A stretch of 64,000 bases of DNA from Bacilli bacterium (lineage in GTDB: Bacteria; Bacillota_I; Bacilli_A; RFN20; CAG-826), in the NCBI GenBank assembly GCA_022482735.1, contig JAKVOO010000001.1, positions 1,399,004 to 1,463,003 on the forward strand, written 5' to 3'. The notes below the pieces were generated by a model that was not told the DNA's origin, ran no database searches, and was given only the letters and a program-made list of their open reading frames with translations. Position numbers and translations under genes: made by a program. Below, piece after piece: positions 1-9,845 of the stretch. Numbering within the stretch: position 1 is the first letter of the stretch; each line of letters starts with the position of its first letter.

Positions 1-1
1 T

Positions 2-142
2 ACTGATAGTAGTGGTAATCTACTTTCGGTAAGAGATGGACGTGAGCCATTAGCCACTTCCAATCCCTGGATGATGCTCATACTTGGAATTGGCTTTTGC
101 GGGAATAATATCCCTTCTCTATTTTGTAAATCGTTCAAGTAA
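2..142 (+). CDS. 3' end of an upstream gene truncated by the window edge. It encodes a C-terminal ~46 aa fragment (…SNPWMMLILGIGFCGNNIPSLFCKSFK) that looks like a hydrophobic C-terminal membrane anchor of a surface protein.
   Basis: Open frame from the window start to TAA at 140-142, with a hydrophobic tail. The N-terminus lies outside the window. Confidence 0.3.
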   Translation, partial: TDSSGNLLSVRDGREPLATSNPWMMLILGIGFCGNNIPSLFCKSFK

Positions 143-171
143 AAAAAGTAACTAATAAAGAAAGTAACTAA

Positions 172-226
172 TAAAAAAAGATCTTAGCAAGATTGGTATA
201 TTATCAAAACTAAGATCTTTTTATTT
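172..226. terminator. Bidirectional rho-independent terminator-like hairpin (aagatcttag…ctaagatctt) flanked by A/T runs. It sits at the end of the speB-speD operon on the minus strand.
   Basis: A 10-bp perfect inverted repeat at 178-187 and 210-219, followed by T-runs on both strands. Confidence 0.4.
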
Positions 227-230
227 TAAA

Positions 231-1034
231 TTACCGACGAATAATTTTTTGCCATTTCATTGAGGCCAAATGCTCATCATGAGCAATATTTGCCTTAATC
301 TTATCAATGTGCATCGCTCCTCTAGCAACTAAAGACAGTGATTTTACTTCGCCTAATTTTTCAATATGGCTACGGACAACTGTATAATCAAAAGGACGGC
401 AAGAGAAAACATCGGCATAAATCTTTTTAGTTTTATATTCATAGTGAAGAGCAATATGGCTTTGCGCAATAACGATAATTCCAGATAAAAACTTAGGGTT
501 CTTCATTGTTGATTTCAAAACAAAAGCCCGGGTTATTGGGTCCATATTTATATCAAAGACAATATTTTCAAGAAAATCAGCCATGTGCTCCATATCAACG
601 ACGGTGCTACTTTTTACTTCACCCATTAGGTGGGGGCCAAAATCATCTTTTGGACTGTATGGTGCCATTTCAAAACTGGGCTTACTGCGATCGGTAGAAA
701 TAAAAACCGATGACTTGAGTTCAAATGAGAGCCGAGTCTGCAAAAATGGAACTACTTGATCTTCATCAAAGCTTTTAGTGGTAAAAATGTCTAAGAAGTA
801 GCATTCCCGAAGAGGAAAGGTGTGAATAGTAATATGACCACCCTCTAAAAGGACAAAGGATGACACCCCGATATCTTTCTTTACCTTGCCATAATAGTAA
901 GGAATAATTTGCGGTGGGCAAATTGGTGCCAGTTTTAGTTTATAGGCTAAGGTAATAAGCGTTTCATTAATTAATTTGATGTCATCAAGTTGGCGAGGAT
1001 TCCCACCATAGGCGTCAAGCGTAATGTGTTTCAT
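231..1034 (-). CDS. Tandem-duplicated class-1b S-adenosylmethionine decarboxylase (SpeH)-like pyruvoyl enzyme proenzyme, 267 aa with two halves. The N-terminal half has 'LLEGGHITIHTFP' and the C-terminal half has 'IAQSHIALHYEY…ADVFSC'. It may be a neofunctionalised decarboxylase; see findings.
   Basis: Both halves match the SpeH motif (V)ISESH(L)TIHTxPE…VDVYTCG. Only the C-terminal half keeps the Ser at the self-cleavage position. The next gene downstream is agmatinase. Confidence 0.7.
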   Translation of the reverse strand: MKHITLDAYGGNPRQLDDIKLINETLITLAYKLKLAPICPPQIIPYYYGKVKKDIGVSSFVLLEGGHITIHTFPLRECYFLDIFTTKSFDEDQVVPFLQTRLSFELKSSVFISTDRSKPSFEMAPYSPKDDFGPHLMGEVKSSTVVDMEHMADFLENIVFDINMDPITRAFVLKSTMKNPKFLSGIIVIAQSHIALHYEYKTKKIYADVFSCRPFDYTVVRSHIEKLGEVKSLSLVARGAMHIDKIKANIAHDEHLASMKWQKIIRR

Positions 1035-1057
1035 TTCTTTATCTTTTTGGTTCTTTC

Positions 1058-1939
1058 TTATAAGGTTTCTTTCTTTTGTTGCAAGACATAGAATATTTCA
1101 TAAAGCGTCTTTAATCCAAGCCACGAAGTTATGTCGTTATTATCGAGAGGTGGACTAATTTCGACCAAATCCATCATCTTTATAGGGAGATGTTTAAAGG
1201 CCGATAGAATAATGGCTAGTAGATCGGTTGACTTCGGTCCAAAGGCTTCCGGAGTTCCCGTGCCTGGAGCGAATGCAGGGTCATTAGCGTCGATATCATA
1301 ACTCAAATAAACAAGATAGTCATCATTAAATTTTTCATTTAGATAGTCAATTACTTTTTGCGGTCCATTTTCTAGAATAAAAGAGGCATTGAATATCTTT
1401 ATTTCGGGATGCGAAGCAAAGTAAATGACTTCCTGCTCTTCGTAGCCACGAATACCAATTAAGCAGATATCTTCTGTCGCGATACCATTATCGATAGCGC
1501 GCCGTACGGGAGTCGCATGAGAGAAATGACTGCCTTCATATTCATCGCAAATATCAGGATGGGCATCAATATGGATTAAACCGGGTTTTTTATTAACTTT
1601 TTGGCAGTAGCTAATAAATCCATCAATGGTTCCAATGTTGACACTATGATCCCCGCCAATAAAAAGCACAAATTTCTTTTTCTCAAGTAAAGAAAGAGAC
1701 TTCGCCCGCAAAACCGAGTAATCTAGTTTATCGGCATTTCCTTCATCAAATAGACGAACGTGGTTAAGTAGATATCCATCCTTTGTTAAGGCAGGCAGGA
1801 AGCCACTTAAAAACCGAAGACGATCGGGGGCTTTTGAAGCACCCTTGCCAACCGAGGCATTTTGATCAAAAGGTAGCCCGTATAATAGTATATCGGCCAT
1901 ATCTTCTGTTTCGACTAATAGATCACGAAATGATTCCAT
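1058..1939 (-). CDS. speB: Agmatinase / ureohydrolase (arginase family).
   Basis: Mn-binding motifs GGDHS, DAHPD and SYDIDANDPAFAPGTGTPE. The likely start is ATG MESFRD at 1939 with an AAGAAAGGG RBS. The ORF-track start at 1963 is a TTG. Confidence 0.8.
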   Translation of the reverse strand: MESFRDLLVETEDMADILLYGLPFDQNASVGKGASKAPDRLRFLSGFLPALTKDGYLLNHVRLFDEGNADKLDYSVLRAKSLSLLEKKKFVLFIGGDHSVNIGTIDGFISYCQKVNKKPGLIHIDAHPDICDEYEGSHFSHATPVRRAIDNGIATEDICLIGIRGYEEQEVIYFASHPEIKIFNASFILENGPQKVIDYLNEKFNDDYLVYLSYDIDANDPAFAPGTGTPEAFGPKSTDLLAIILSAFKHLPIKMMDLVEISPPLDNNDITSWLGLKTLYEIFYVLQQKKETL

Positions 1940-2107
1940 TTCCCGGCCCTTTCTTGCTAGCAAAATTTGCTCACTTAAAATATAGAGATTTTATCTATTA
2001 CTTGCAATTATTTTGTTTGTTTTTAATGAATTTCTTTAGCCAGGTGTTTTTTTACTAGGAAAAGTAGTAATTATTGTCTATTATTTAGGTGCTATCTTTA
2101 GGTAATT

Positions 2108-3694
2108 ATGGAAAAGAAAGATTTAACTATTCGCAAGCGGAAAAAGACCAATATCTTTATACGGCTTTTTCTCAATCAAATGACGCCTACCATACTGTTA
2201 GTGCTCATTCAAATAGCAGTATTCGTTCTTTTCTTAATCAATATTTTTGAAAATTTCTATTCCTATTATTTATTAAATTTAGCAATTTCAATTATTCTGA
2301 TTGCTACGATTTTAAAACGCGATACCGATCAAAGCTATAAAATAGCGTGGATTGTGATTGTCAGCATATTACCAATTTTTGGTTCGTTGCTTTATTTATG
2401 GGTACGCATCATGCCAGCCGCGCATTCGATAAGTAAGAAACTTGTTCGGCGTATGCAAGAAACCTCGTCCTATATGAAGCAAGATGAAACCGTGCAAGAG
2501 GAAATTCGTCAGAATTATTTTGAATATGCGGGTGTTGTAAATTATCTTCATAATTATGGTCCTTTTCCTACCTACCGTAACCAAGCCGCAACCTACTATC
2601 CATTAGGGGACGATGTCTATCCGGACATGATCAAAGCCCTTGAAGGAGCTAAGAAGTTTATTTTCTTGGAATATTTCATCATTGCGCCCGGCATAATGTG
2701 GAATAGCATTGTTACAATTTTAAAGCAGAAAGTTCAAGAAGGGGTGGAAGTTCGTTTGCTATATGATGGCTTAAACTCACTTACGACCATTCCCCGCAAT
2801 TACTATAAAAAAATTCGGGCAACCGGGATTCAGTGTCGAGTTTTTTCTCCCTTGTCTTCAACTTTGTCTCCCTATCAAAATAGTCGCGACCACCGCAAAA
2901 TGATGATTATCGATGGCCAGATTGGCTTTATTGGGGGGATTAATTTGGCAGATGAATATATCAATCAATTAAATCGTTTCGGGCATTGGAAAGATACCGC
3001 TCTGCGGTTTCGAGGGGAAGCGGTCAATTCTTTGACGATAAGTTTCTTGTCAATGTGGCATATATACGATAAAGTTCCGATGATAGTTGAGCCTTATTTA
3101 CATAACCCCAATGATTTTCAGATTGCGGCCAAAAATGAAAGTGCAACCGGATTTATTACTCCCTATGCCGATGCTCCAGAAGATGGCGAAGAACGGGGCG
3201 AACGGCTTTTTCTCGACCAAATTAGCGATGCCAAGCATTATGTTCACATCTATACACCATACTTGGTGATGAATGAGGCACTGAAAAAAGCCATTACCGC
3301 AGCCCAAAAAAGAGGGGTAGAAGTGGTGATTATCATGCCTCATCATCCCGACAAAAAAATTCCTTTTTGGGTTGCGAGGACCTACTATGCCGCCCTTATT
3401 AAGATTGGTATTAAAATCTATGAATACACTCCTGGGTTTATGCATGGAAAACTAGTAATTAGCGATGACAAGATTATTAATATTGGATCAATTAACTTTG
3501 ATTTTCGTTCCTTATATTTGAATTATGAAAATGGAGCCCTGATTTTTGATGCTGAAATTGCTAAAAAAGCCGAGCAAGACTATCAGCAAACGATGGCCAA
3601 GAGCGAATTAATAACCTTAAAACGCTGCCGTAAATTTCCTTGGTTTGAGCGACTTATTGGTTTTATTATGAGCTTTTTTGACCCGTTATTTTAA
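2108..3694 (+). CDS. cls: Cardiolipin synthase (two PLD/HKD domains, N-terminal TM helices).
   Basis: HRKMMIIDGQIGFIGGINL and HGKLVISDDKIINIGSINFD HKD motifs. 528 aa. Confidence 0.85.
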   Translation: MEKKDLTIRKRKKTNIFIRLFLNQMTPTILLVLIQIAVFVLFLINIFENFYSYYLLNLAISIILIATILKRDTDQSYKIAWIVIVSILPIFGSLLYLWVRIMPAAHSISKKLVRRMQETSSYMKQDETVQEEIRQNYFEYAGVVNYLHNYGPFPTYRNQAATYYPLGDDVYPDMIKALEGAKKFIFLEYFIIAPGIMWNSIVTILKQKVQEGVEVRLLYDGLNSLTTIPRNYYKKIRATGIQCRVFSPLSSTLSPYQNSRDHRKMMIIDGQIGFIGGINLADEYINQLNRFGHWKDTALRFRGEAVNSLTISFLSMWHIYDKVPMIVEPYLHNPNDFQIAAKNESATGFITPYADAPEDGEERGERLFLDQISDAKHYVHIYTPYLVMNEALKKAITAAQKRGVEVVIIMPHHPDKKIPFWVARTYYAALIKIGIKIYEYTPGFMHGKLVISDDKIINIGSINFDFRSLYLNYENGALIFDAEIAKKAEQDYQQTMAKSELITLKRCRKFPWFERLIGFIMSFFDPLF

Positions 3695-4870
3695 TGGGGA
3701 AGCGATGTGTCTTCCGCCTTCAGGTGAAATAAAAATTTCTTCAATGGGATAATTTGGAAACGCGGCCTTAACTCCATCAATAAAGGCCTCTTTAATTTCA
3801 GGCTTAATAAACGCTAATATCGATCCTTTAAAACCGCCACCATGAATTCGAATTGCTCCGTTATGGTTGATAAGTGGACTTAAAACATCAATCGCTTCCT
3901 GGGGGCTACCATGATATTCACCTTCAAGAAAAGTGTTGTGAAGATTATGGTGCGATGAACTTTGGGAGGCGCGAATTTGGTCGAGGAATAAATCAACATC
4001 ATTTTCTAATAGAGCGGTCTTAGCTTTAAGCACGCGATCATTTTCAGTAAAGAAGTGCCGAGCAATGGCTATTTCGTCTTCAGGTAATTGGATATCATGA
4101 AGCATGTCAGCTTCTAGAAAATAACGCGGATTAATATCCCGGAGAAACTCTTGATTAAAGTAATGAGCGACGTGAAACATGCTATTTGGAATTTTTGCAT
4201 AAGCATCAACAAGATCGGCATGGGTTCCCGGTGGGGTAATCAAAAATAAAGATAGTGGTAAATTAAAGGGAAGCCCAATGATCGCTGGCTGATTGATATC
4301 CGCAAAATCAAGAAAATTAGCTTTTCCAAAAGCGACACCGATTTGGTCAAGCAGACCACACGGTTTGCCAAAATACTTATTTTCGGCATACTGGCCAGTT
4401 TGAGCAAGAAAAAGTTCACTGAATTGCGAGCCATTAAAAAAGTAATTAAATATCTGACCGATTAAAACTTCAAAAGCAGCGGAAGAAGAGACTCCTGCTC
4501 CCGCGGGAATGTTACTGCTCATATAGGCATTAAAACCATTTACATGGCCATTTTTTTGGACGATGGCATTTGCTACACCCCGAATAATTCCTTGACTAGT
4601 CCCTTTTTCTTTTTCGACGATGCTTAGTTCGCTTAAATCGACTTCAATCAGTCCCATGCCTTCAGAATAAATACTTACCTTAGAAGAATTATTTACTTTA
4701 GCGCTGGCATCGATGGCCAATGAACAATTACCAACCAAACATAAGCCATGGTTATGATCGGTATGATTACCGATAATTTCGATTCGCCCTCCACAGGAAA
4801 AATGATCGGTGGGGTCTTCGTTAAAGATTTCTTTAAACATTTTATCTAGCCGCGTAAAGTTTTTTTCCAT
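3686..4870 (-). CDS. galK: Galactokinase (GHMP kinase).
   Basis: GGRIEIIGNHTDHNHG galactokinase signature. PAGAGVSSSAAF GHMP ATP-binding motif. AAAGAGG RBS. Confidence 0.9.
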   Translation of the reverse strand: MEKNFTRLDKMFKEIFNEDPTDHFSCGGRIEIIGNHTDHNHGLCLVGNCSLAIDASAKVNNSSKVSIYSEGMGLIEVDLSELSIVEKEKGTSQGIIRGVANAIVQKNGHVNGFNAYMSSNIPAGAGVSSSAAFEVLIGQIFNYFFNGSQFSELFLAQTGQYAENKYFGKPCGLLDQIGVAFGKANFLDFADINQPAIIGLPFNLPLSLFLITPPGTHADLVDAYAKIPNSMFHVAHYFNQEFLRDINPRYFLEADMLHDIQLPEDEIAIARHFFTENDRVLKAKTALLENDVDLFLDQIRASQSSSHHNLHNTFLEGEYHGSPQEAIDVLSPLINHNGAIRIHGGGFKGSILAFIKPEIKEAFIDGVKAAFPNYPIEEIFISPEGGRHIASPLK

Positions 4871-5101
4871 AAATACCTCTTTGCTTTTCGTTGTTCATTA
4901 AGTCTTTATTCACTATATATTATCTTCGTTAAAGAATAAAAAATCTAGTGCTAATGAGAATAAAACACAACTATGTTTTTAATAAGCAAAGCTATTTTTT
5001 TAAAAAAGCATAAAATAATTTAAGTGAAAAATTAATAAAACCTTTAAATTGAGTTTCGAAAAGAGAAAAATCAAGATAGAATAATAAAAAAGAGGGAAGA
5101 T

Positions 5102-5839
5102 ATGAAACTTTTTTATTCCACCACTTACAAACTTACAACCAACTTCTTTGATGCCTATGACCGACTTACAGCGGAAGGAATCTTGGACTTATGTCAAGAC
5201 ATCGCCGGCCGTCATGCAACGATGTTGGGACTGGGCTTTGCTCCTTTAAACGAGCGCCATCTTCATTGGGTGGTATTACGAAATCGGTTTGTAGTTAAAA
5301 GTGATATTACTAATCTTGATGAAGTAATTGTTGAAACTTGGCCTTTACCGGCGGGAAGAGCGGATTTTTTAAGATGCTATCGTTTACGGAGGCCAGATGG
5401 AACTTTGCTGATTGAGGCGATTAGCCAATGGGTAATTATTGATAGTCGAAATAATATGATTCAAAGAGGGTCATGTGTTTCCTATGGCGAAGACAAGGAA
5501 TTCTATGATGATGTGGTTTTGGATGGAAAGATAAATAAGCTCGATGATTTTGCTTTATCGGATAAAGGTGAAGTGTATACTTATGCTGTGGAATATGGAG
5601 ATATTGATCATAATCTTCATATGAATAACACCAAGTATTGCTTAGCTATTAGCAATTTTCTTAAACCGAGCCCCGATGTCATCCTTAAAGAATATCAAAT
5701 CGACTATTTACACGAAACAAGATATCAAGGAAAACTATTCTTTTTCAAGTCTGTTGGGGAAGAAGTCGCCTTGGTTGAAGGTTATCATGATGGCAAGATA
5801 TCTACGCGGGCCGAAATTCATTATCAGAAAGTGAAGTAA
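5102..5839 (+). CDS. Acyl-ACP thioesterase (FatA/B-like hotdog family).
   Basis: About 245 aa. Two hotdog halves with an acyl-ACP thioesterase-like N-terminus (DRLTAEGILDLCQDIAGRHA…LHWVVLRNRFVV). AAAAGAGGG RBS. Confidence 0.75.
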   Translation: MKLFYSTTYKLTTNFFDAYDRLTAEGILDLCQDIAGRHATMLGLGFAPLNERHLHWVVLRNRFVVKSDITNLDEVIVETWPLPAGRADFLRCYRLRRPDGTLLIEAISQWVIIDSRNNMIQRGSCVSYGEDKEFYDDVVLDGKINKLDDFALSDKGEVYTYAVEYGDIDHNLHMNNTKYCLAISNFLKPSPDVILKEYQIDYLHETRYQGKLFFFKSVGEEVALVEGYHDGKISTRAEIHYQKVK

Positions 5840-5844
5840 CTATT

Positions 5845-6648
5845 ATGAATGATTACACGATTACAATTATAGGCATTGTCGTTTTAGCCTTGTCCACTCC
5901 TCTAGGAGCGGCGATGATATTCTTCTTTAAAAACCGGATTCCTCCTAAACTCGATACTATCTTTCTTGGTTTTGCCGCGGGAGTTATGATTGCGGCTTCA
6001 ATTTGGTCGCTTCTTAATCCAGCCATCGAGCAAAGCAGTGCTTGGGGACAATGGTCTTTTGTTCCAGCGGCCGGTGGATTTATTCTTGGTGGTTTATTTC
6101 TTCTTTTAATGGATCGAGTGATTCCGCATTTTCATAGCGCCACCAATGAAGAGGAAGGAATTTCTACAAAGAATTTAAAGCGTTCATGGAAACTTTTCTT
6201 GGCGATGACCATCCACAATATTCCTGAAGGATTGTCGGTTGGTTTTGCTTTCGGTGTGGCTTTAGCAATGAAGGATAATCCCAACCCATCAGTAACTGTT
6301 TTAGGAGCGCTCGCACTTTCAATCGGTATTTCCATTCAAAATTTCCCAGAGGGAGCCTCAGTATCTTTACCAATGGCGGATGTAGTCAAAAGTCGTAAAA
6401 AAGCATTTTTGATGGGGGCGCTCAGTGGGATAGTAGAACCAATTTTTGCTATCATTGGCGTTTTGCTAGCATCATCGATTACGGCATTGATGCCGTGGTT
6501 ACTTTCCTTTGCGGCCGGGGCGATGATGTTTGTGGTGGCGGAAGAATTAATTCCTGGAGCACATATCGAAAAATATGAACATCTCGGGACATTTGGCGTA
6601 ATGGCTGGCTTCGTTATCATGATGATTTTAGATGTTGCCCTTGGATAA
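5845..6648 (+). CDS. zupT: ZIP-family divalent metal (Zn) transporter, ZupT-like.
   Basis: HNIPEGLSVGFAFG and NFPEGASV ZIP motifs. 8 TM helices. Confidence 0.8.
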   Translation: MNDYTITIIGIVVLALSTPLGAAMIFFFKNRIPPKLDTIFLGFAAGVMIAASIWSLLNPAIEQSSAWGQWSFVPAAGGFILGGLFLLLMDRVIPHFHSATNEEEGISTKNLKRSWKLFLAMTIHNIPEGLSVGFAFGVALAMKDNPNPSVTVLGALALSIGISIQNFPEGASVSLPMADVVKSRKKAFLMGALSGIVEPIFAIIGVLLASSITALMPWLLSFAAGAMMFVVAEELIPGAHIEKYEHLGTFGVMAGFVIMMILDVALG

Positions 6649-6707
6649 TTAATCACAATATTTCATCTTTACCTTTACTCTAGTTGTGTTATTATTATCT
6701 AGCGCAT

Positions 6708-6784
6708 GCGCCCGTAGCTCAGTTGGATAGAGTACAACCCTCCGAAGGTTGGGGTCACACGTTCGAATCGTGCCGGGCGCACCA
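6708..6784 (+). tRNA. tRNA-Arg (anticodon CCG), ending in CCA.
   Basis: Manual cloverleaf with acceptor gcgcccg/cgggcgc, anticodon loop cuCCGaa and T-loop GTTCGAATC. Confidence 0.8.
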
Positions 6785-6955
6785 TGTAGATATTAAAGTA
6801 TGCTATCAACTGGCATACTTTTTTTATTTAATTCATAAATTCATAAAATAGAAGTTAATAAAATGTATTTTATAATGCGTATATTTTTTGAATTTAGGTA
6901 TATTTGTCCTAAAATATTGCTAATATGGCTTAAATCAACTAACCTTACAAAGGGA

Positions 6956-7297
6956 ATGGAAAATAAAATGATCGATAAAATTGAAGATAAACTTAAAAAG
7001 TTTGAATTGGATACACAAAAACTTTTTTTGAAACTTCGCGAACTCATATTTAAGTGTGAGCCTCAGGTGGAAGAACAGATGTGGGCGGGACTTCCATCAT
7101 ATTATTTTGGTGATTGTTTTATTCGGTTAATTCCTTTTGCAAAGTACATTAATATCGAAGCAAGTGGTATTAAAAACCATCTTGAAGAATTAAATGACCA
7201 TAAATTAACGCCCAAGAAAATGCTTAAATTAAGCACCAGTGAGAATATTCCTTGGGAATTAATGATTAGAATTTTCGATGAAACTTTACATAAATAA
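6956..7297 (+). CDS. Hypothetical small protein, DUF1801 (YdhG/YdeI)-like.
   Basis: The ORF with an ATG at MENKMIDK has a weak resemblance to the DUF1801 fold family. The ORF-track N-terminal extension is unlikely to be translated. Confidence 0.4.
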   Translation: MENKMIDKIEDKLKKFELDTQKLFLKLRELIFKCEPQVEEQMWAGLPSYYFGDCFIRLIPFAKYINIEASGIKNHLEELNDHKLTPKKMLKLSTSENIPWELMIRIFDETLHK

Positions 7298-7397
7298 ATG
7301 CAAAATCACAAAAAAATCTGTAGATAAGCGCTCAAATAAGCAATTGCGTATTTTTTCAATTGTCTATTTGATTAAATTTATATATAATAATTCCGCT

Positions 7398-7483
7398 GCC
7401 TCCGTGGTGAAATTGGTAGACGCAATGGACTCAAAATCCATCGGTTAACAGCCATGCCGGTTCGACTCCGGCCGGAGGCACCA
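7398..7483 (+). tRNA. tRNA-Leu (anticodon CAA), type II with a long variable arm, ending in CCA.
   Basis: Acceptor gcctccg/cggaggc, anticodon loop cuCAAaa, 86 nt. Confidence 0.8.
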
Positions 7484-7492
7484 TATCTTATT

Positions 7493-7568
7493 GCCGACTT
7501 AGCTCAATTGGTAGAGCAACTGAATCGTAATCAGTAGGTTGGGGGTTCAATTCCTCTAGTCGGCACCA
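7493..7568 (+). tRNA. tRNA-Thr (anticodon CGT), ending in CCA.
   Basis: Acceptor gccgact/agtcggc, anticodon loop auCGUaa, T-loop GTTCAATTC. Confidence 0.8.
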
Positions 7569-7580
7569 TTAGTCTTGTTA

Positions 7581-7603
7581 ACCGCCAAAAGGGCGGTTTT
7601 TTA
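7581..7603 (+). terminator. Rho-independent terminator after the tRNA-Leu/Thr pair.
   Basis: accgcc-aaaag-ggcggt hairpin followed by TTTTTT. Confidence 0.6.
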
Positions 7604-7704
7604 TATTAGTCAATATATTTGGCATAAGCACATTGTTAGTCATATTTAACTATCGCATTTATAATGACAATGTATTCATTATTCATAATGAATAAGGAGG
7701 AAAT

Positions 7705-8634
7705 ATGCGAAAAGGAAATAAGGTAAGTATCATTGGGGCGGGATTTGTTGGCAGTGCCATCACCTTTGCCATTATGGATTCAGGGCTAGCCAGTGATATT
7801 GTTCTTGTTGATATGAATAAGGAAAAGGCCGAAGGGGAAATAATGGATATTTCTCATGGAGCGGCCTTTGTCAAATCAGTTGATATGAAAGCAGGAGACT
7901 ATCCGGATCTTACTAACAGCGATATTGTCATTATAACGGCTGGTGCTGCTCAAAAACCAGGTGAAACCAGATTGGACTTAATCAATAAAAATGCGGCAAT
8001 ATTTAAATCTATTGTTCCTCAGGTCGTTAAATATGCTCCTGAGGCGATTATACTAGTTGTTTCTAATCCAGTTGATGTCTTATCATTTGTTGCCTACAAA
8101 TTAAGCGGACTTCCGGCTAATCGCGTACTCGGAAGTGGAACGGTTCTTGATTCATCGCGTTTGCGTTTCGCTCTAGCTAAGGAATTTGATCTCGATGCTC
8201 GCAATGTCCATGCTCATATTGTTGGAGAGCATGGTGACAGTGAATTCCCTAATTGGTCGGCAGCACTGATTGGCAGCATGAAGTTGGCTGATTATTGCCA
8301 AGAGCATGATATTGATCTTGGGAGTCTTGAGAAACGCATTTCGAAACAGGTTAGGGAATATGCCTATCGAATTATTGAGAAAAAAGGGTATACAAATTAT
8401 GCGATTGCTCTAGCCGTAAGAAGAATTGTCGAAGCTATCTTGCGCGATGAAAATTCAGTATTGTCAGTTTCTACCCTTGATGAAACAGGATCAGCATATT
8501 ACTCGGTTCCAACTGTTGTTGGCAAAAATGGGAAAATTATGAGTCTAGTTCCAAAGATGAATGATGAGGAAGGATTAAAACTTGCTGAAAGTCGGCAAAT
8601 ACTTAAGGAAACGATAGCCAAAATTAATCTTTAA
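7705..8634 (+). CDS. ldh: L-lactate dehydrogenase.
   Basis: KVSIIGAGFVGSA NAD-binding fold. GEHGDSEFPNWS active-site region. AAGGAGG RBS. Confidence 0.9.
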   Translation: MRKGNKVSIIGAGFVGSAITFAIMDSGLASDIVLVDMNKEKAEGEIMDISHGAAFVKSVDMKAGDYPDLTNSDIVIITAGAAQKPGETRLDLINKNAAIFKSIVPQVVKYAPEAIILVVSNPVDVLSFVAYKLSGLPANRVLGSGTVLDSSRLRFALAKEFDLDARNVHAHIVGEHGDSEFPNWSAALIGSMKLADYCQEHDIDLGSLEKRISKQVREYAYRIIEKKGYTNYAIALAVRRIVEAILRDENSVLSVSTLDETGSAYYSVPTVVGKNGKIMSLVPKMNDEEGLKLAESRQILKETIAKINL

Positions 8635-8791
8635 AACAGTTGGTTTCTAAAATTCATTGATTAATATTACTGTAATTTTTATTCTATCATTTTTTTAAAC
8701 AGCCTAGATTTACTTTTTATCCCTTTGGCAAAAATATCCTTGCAATGCGTTATATTAATATATATAATTACTAACGCAAGCCAGTTGCAAT

Positions 8792-8867
8792 GGGTATTTA
8801 GCTCAGCTGGGAGAGCATCTGTTTGACGTACAGAAGGTCGGGGGTTCGATCCCCTCAGTACCCACCA
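8792..8867 (+). tRNA. tRNA-Val (anticodon GAC), ending in CCA.
   Basis: Acceptor gggtatt/agtaccc, anticodon loop uuGACgu, T-loop GTTCGATCC. Confidence 0.8.
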
Positions 8868-8927
8868 TTGAAGCCTTGTTCACTAATTTAACGGTTGATA
8901 ATCGATTTCTTAGTGATTAAATAATTG

Positions 8928-8954
8928 GGAAGGTCATTTGACCTTCCTTTTTTA
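8928..8954 (+). terminator. Rho-independent terminator after tRNA-Val.
   Basis: ggaaggtca-ttt-tgaccttcc hairpin followed by TTTTTT. Confidence 0.6.
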
Positions 8955-9052
8955 GTTGATAATGCAATCTTTTGTCAAAGAAATGTAATTATTCACTAAT
9001 GGCAATGCAAGCCAATTTGTTTTTTGCTAAAATCATCATGTGAGGTTATTGT

Positions 9053-9742
9053 ATGCCAGAACGTTATTTATTAGAATCAGTCTATAATTTTCGAGATGTC
9101 GGAGGATATCCTTTACTAAATGGAAAACGCACAAAATACGGAGTTTTCTTTCGTTCAGGATCACTTAGTTATGCGACAAAAGAAGATATTAAAAAGATTG
9201 AAGATATTGGGATTAAAACTATTATCGATTTACGGGGGGATAAAGAACATAATGAATTACCAGATTTAACTCAAGCCAGCAAAAAAATCACCGCTTATCA
9301 TTTGCCGGTTAATGGTGGCGGGCGGGTGCCAGTCGATGAGGATGACATGCTTGCTAGTTATATTGAGATGATTGAAGAGCCAGTATCAGCCCGCGCAATT
9401 TTTTCTACGATTGCTCACGCCGAAAAGCCTATTCTCATTCATTGTACGGCGGGTAAAGATCGAACAGGGGTTTTTACTGCCATTTTACTTGCTTTAGCCG
9501 GGGTTACCCATGATGATATAAATGCCGACTACCTCTTATCAATTCCTTATCTGCGGGCCATGATGAGCCTAACGCTAGACCGGCATCCAGATTTTCCGCG
9601 CGCTTGTCTTTTCCCCAAAGCGGACTTTCTTAGTAAATTTTGGAATTTGTTTAGGGGAAGATACGGGCTGGTTAGCGAGTATTTAGATTACATTGGTCTT
9701 AGTGGGGAAGAAATTGACACTTTATCTCATCTATTAAAGTAA
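9053..9742 (+). CDS. Protein tyrosine/serine phosphatase (CX5R PTP-like, Y_phosphatase3 family).
   Basis: HCTAGKDRTG P-loop. GTGAGGT RBS. Confidence 0.7.
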   Translation: MPERYLLESVYNFRDVGGYPLLNGKRTKYGVFFRSGSLSYATKEDIKKIEDIGIKTIIDLRGDKEHNELPDLTQASKKITAYHLPVNGGGRVPVDEDDMLASYIEMIEEPVSARAIFSTIAHAEKPILIHCTAGKDRTGVFTAILLALAGVTHDDINADYLLSIPYLRAMMSLTLDRHPDFPRACLFPKADFLSKFWNLFRGRYGLVSEYLDYIGLSGEEIDTLSHLLK

Positions 9743-9845
9743 AAAGTATAGTTAACGTTAAGCGCTTACTTAAATTGTTAATCTTTGCTTTTCCTCGATT
9801 ATTTTTGTGATATAATTTTGATGAAAACAAATCGTGGAGGATTAT

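Noticed and set aside
6132-6656. Three minus-strand ORFs (67-106 aa) inside the ZIP transporter gene. Similar antisense ORFs occur inside other genes (506-697, 2396-2584, 15269-15791, 25890-26652, 31796-32424).
   Set aside because: They are shadow ORFs on the opposite strand of well-supported genes. They have no RBS or motifs, and their composition mirrors the sense gene.
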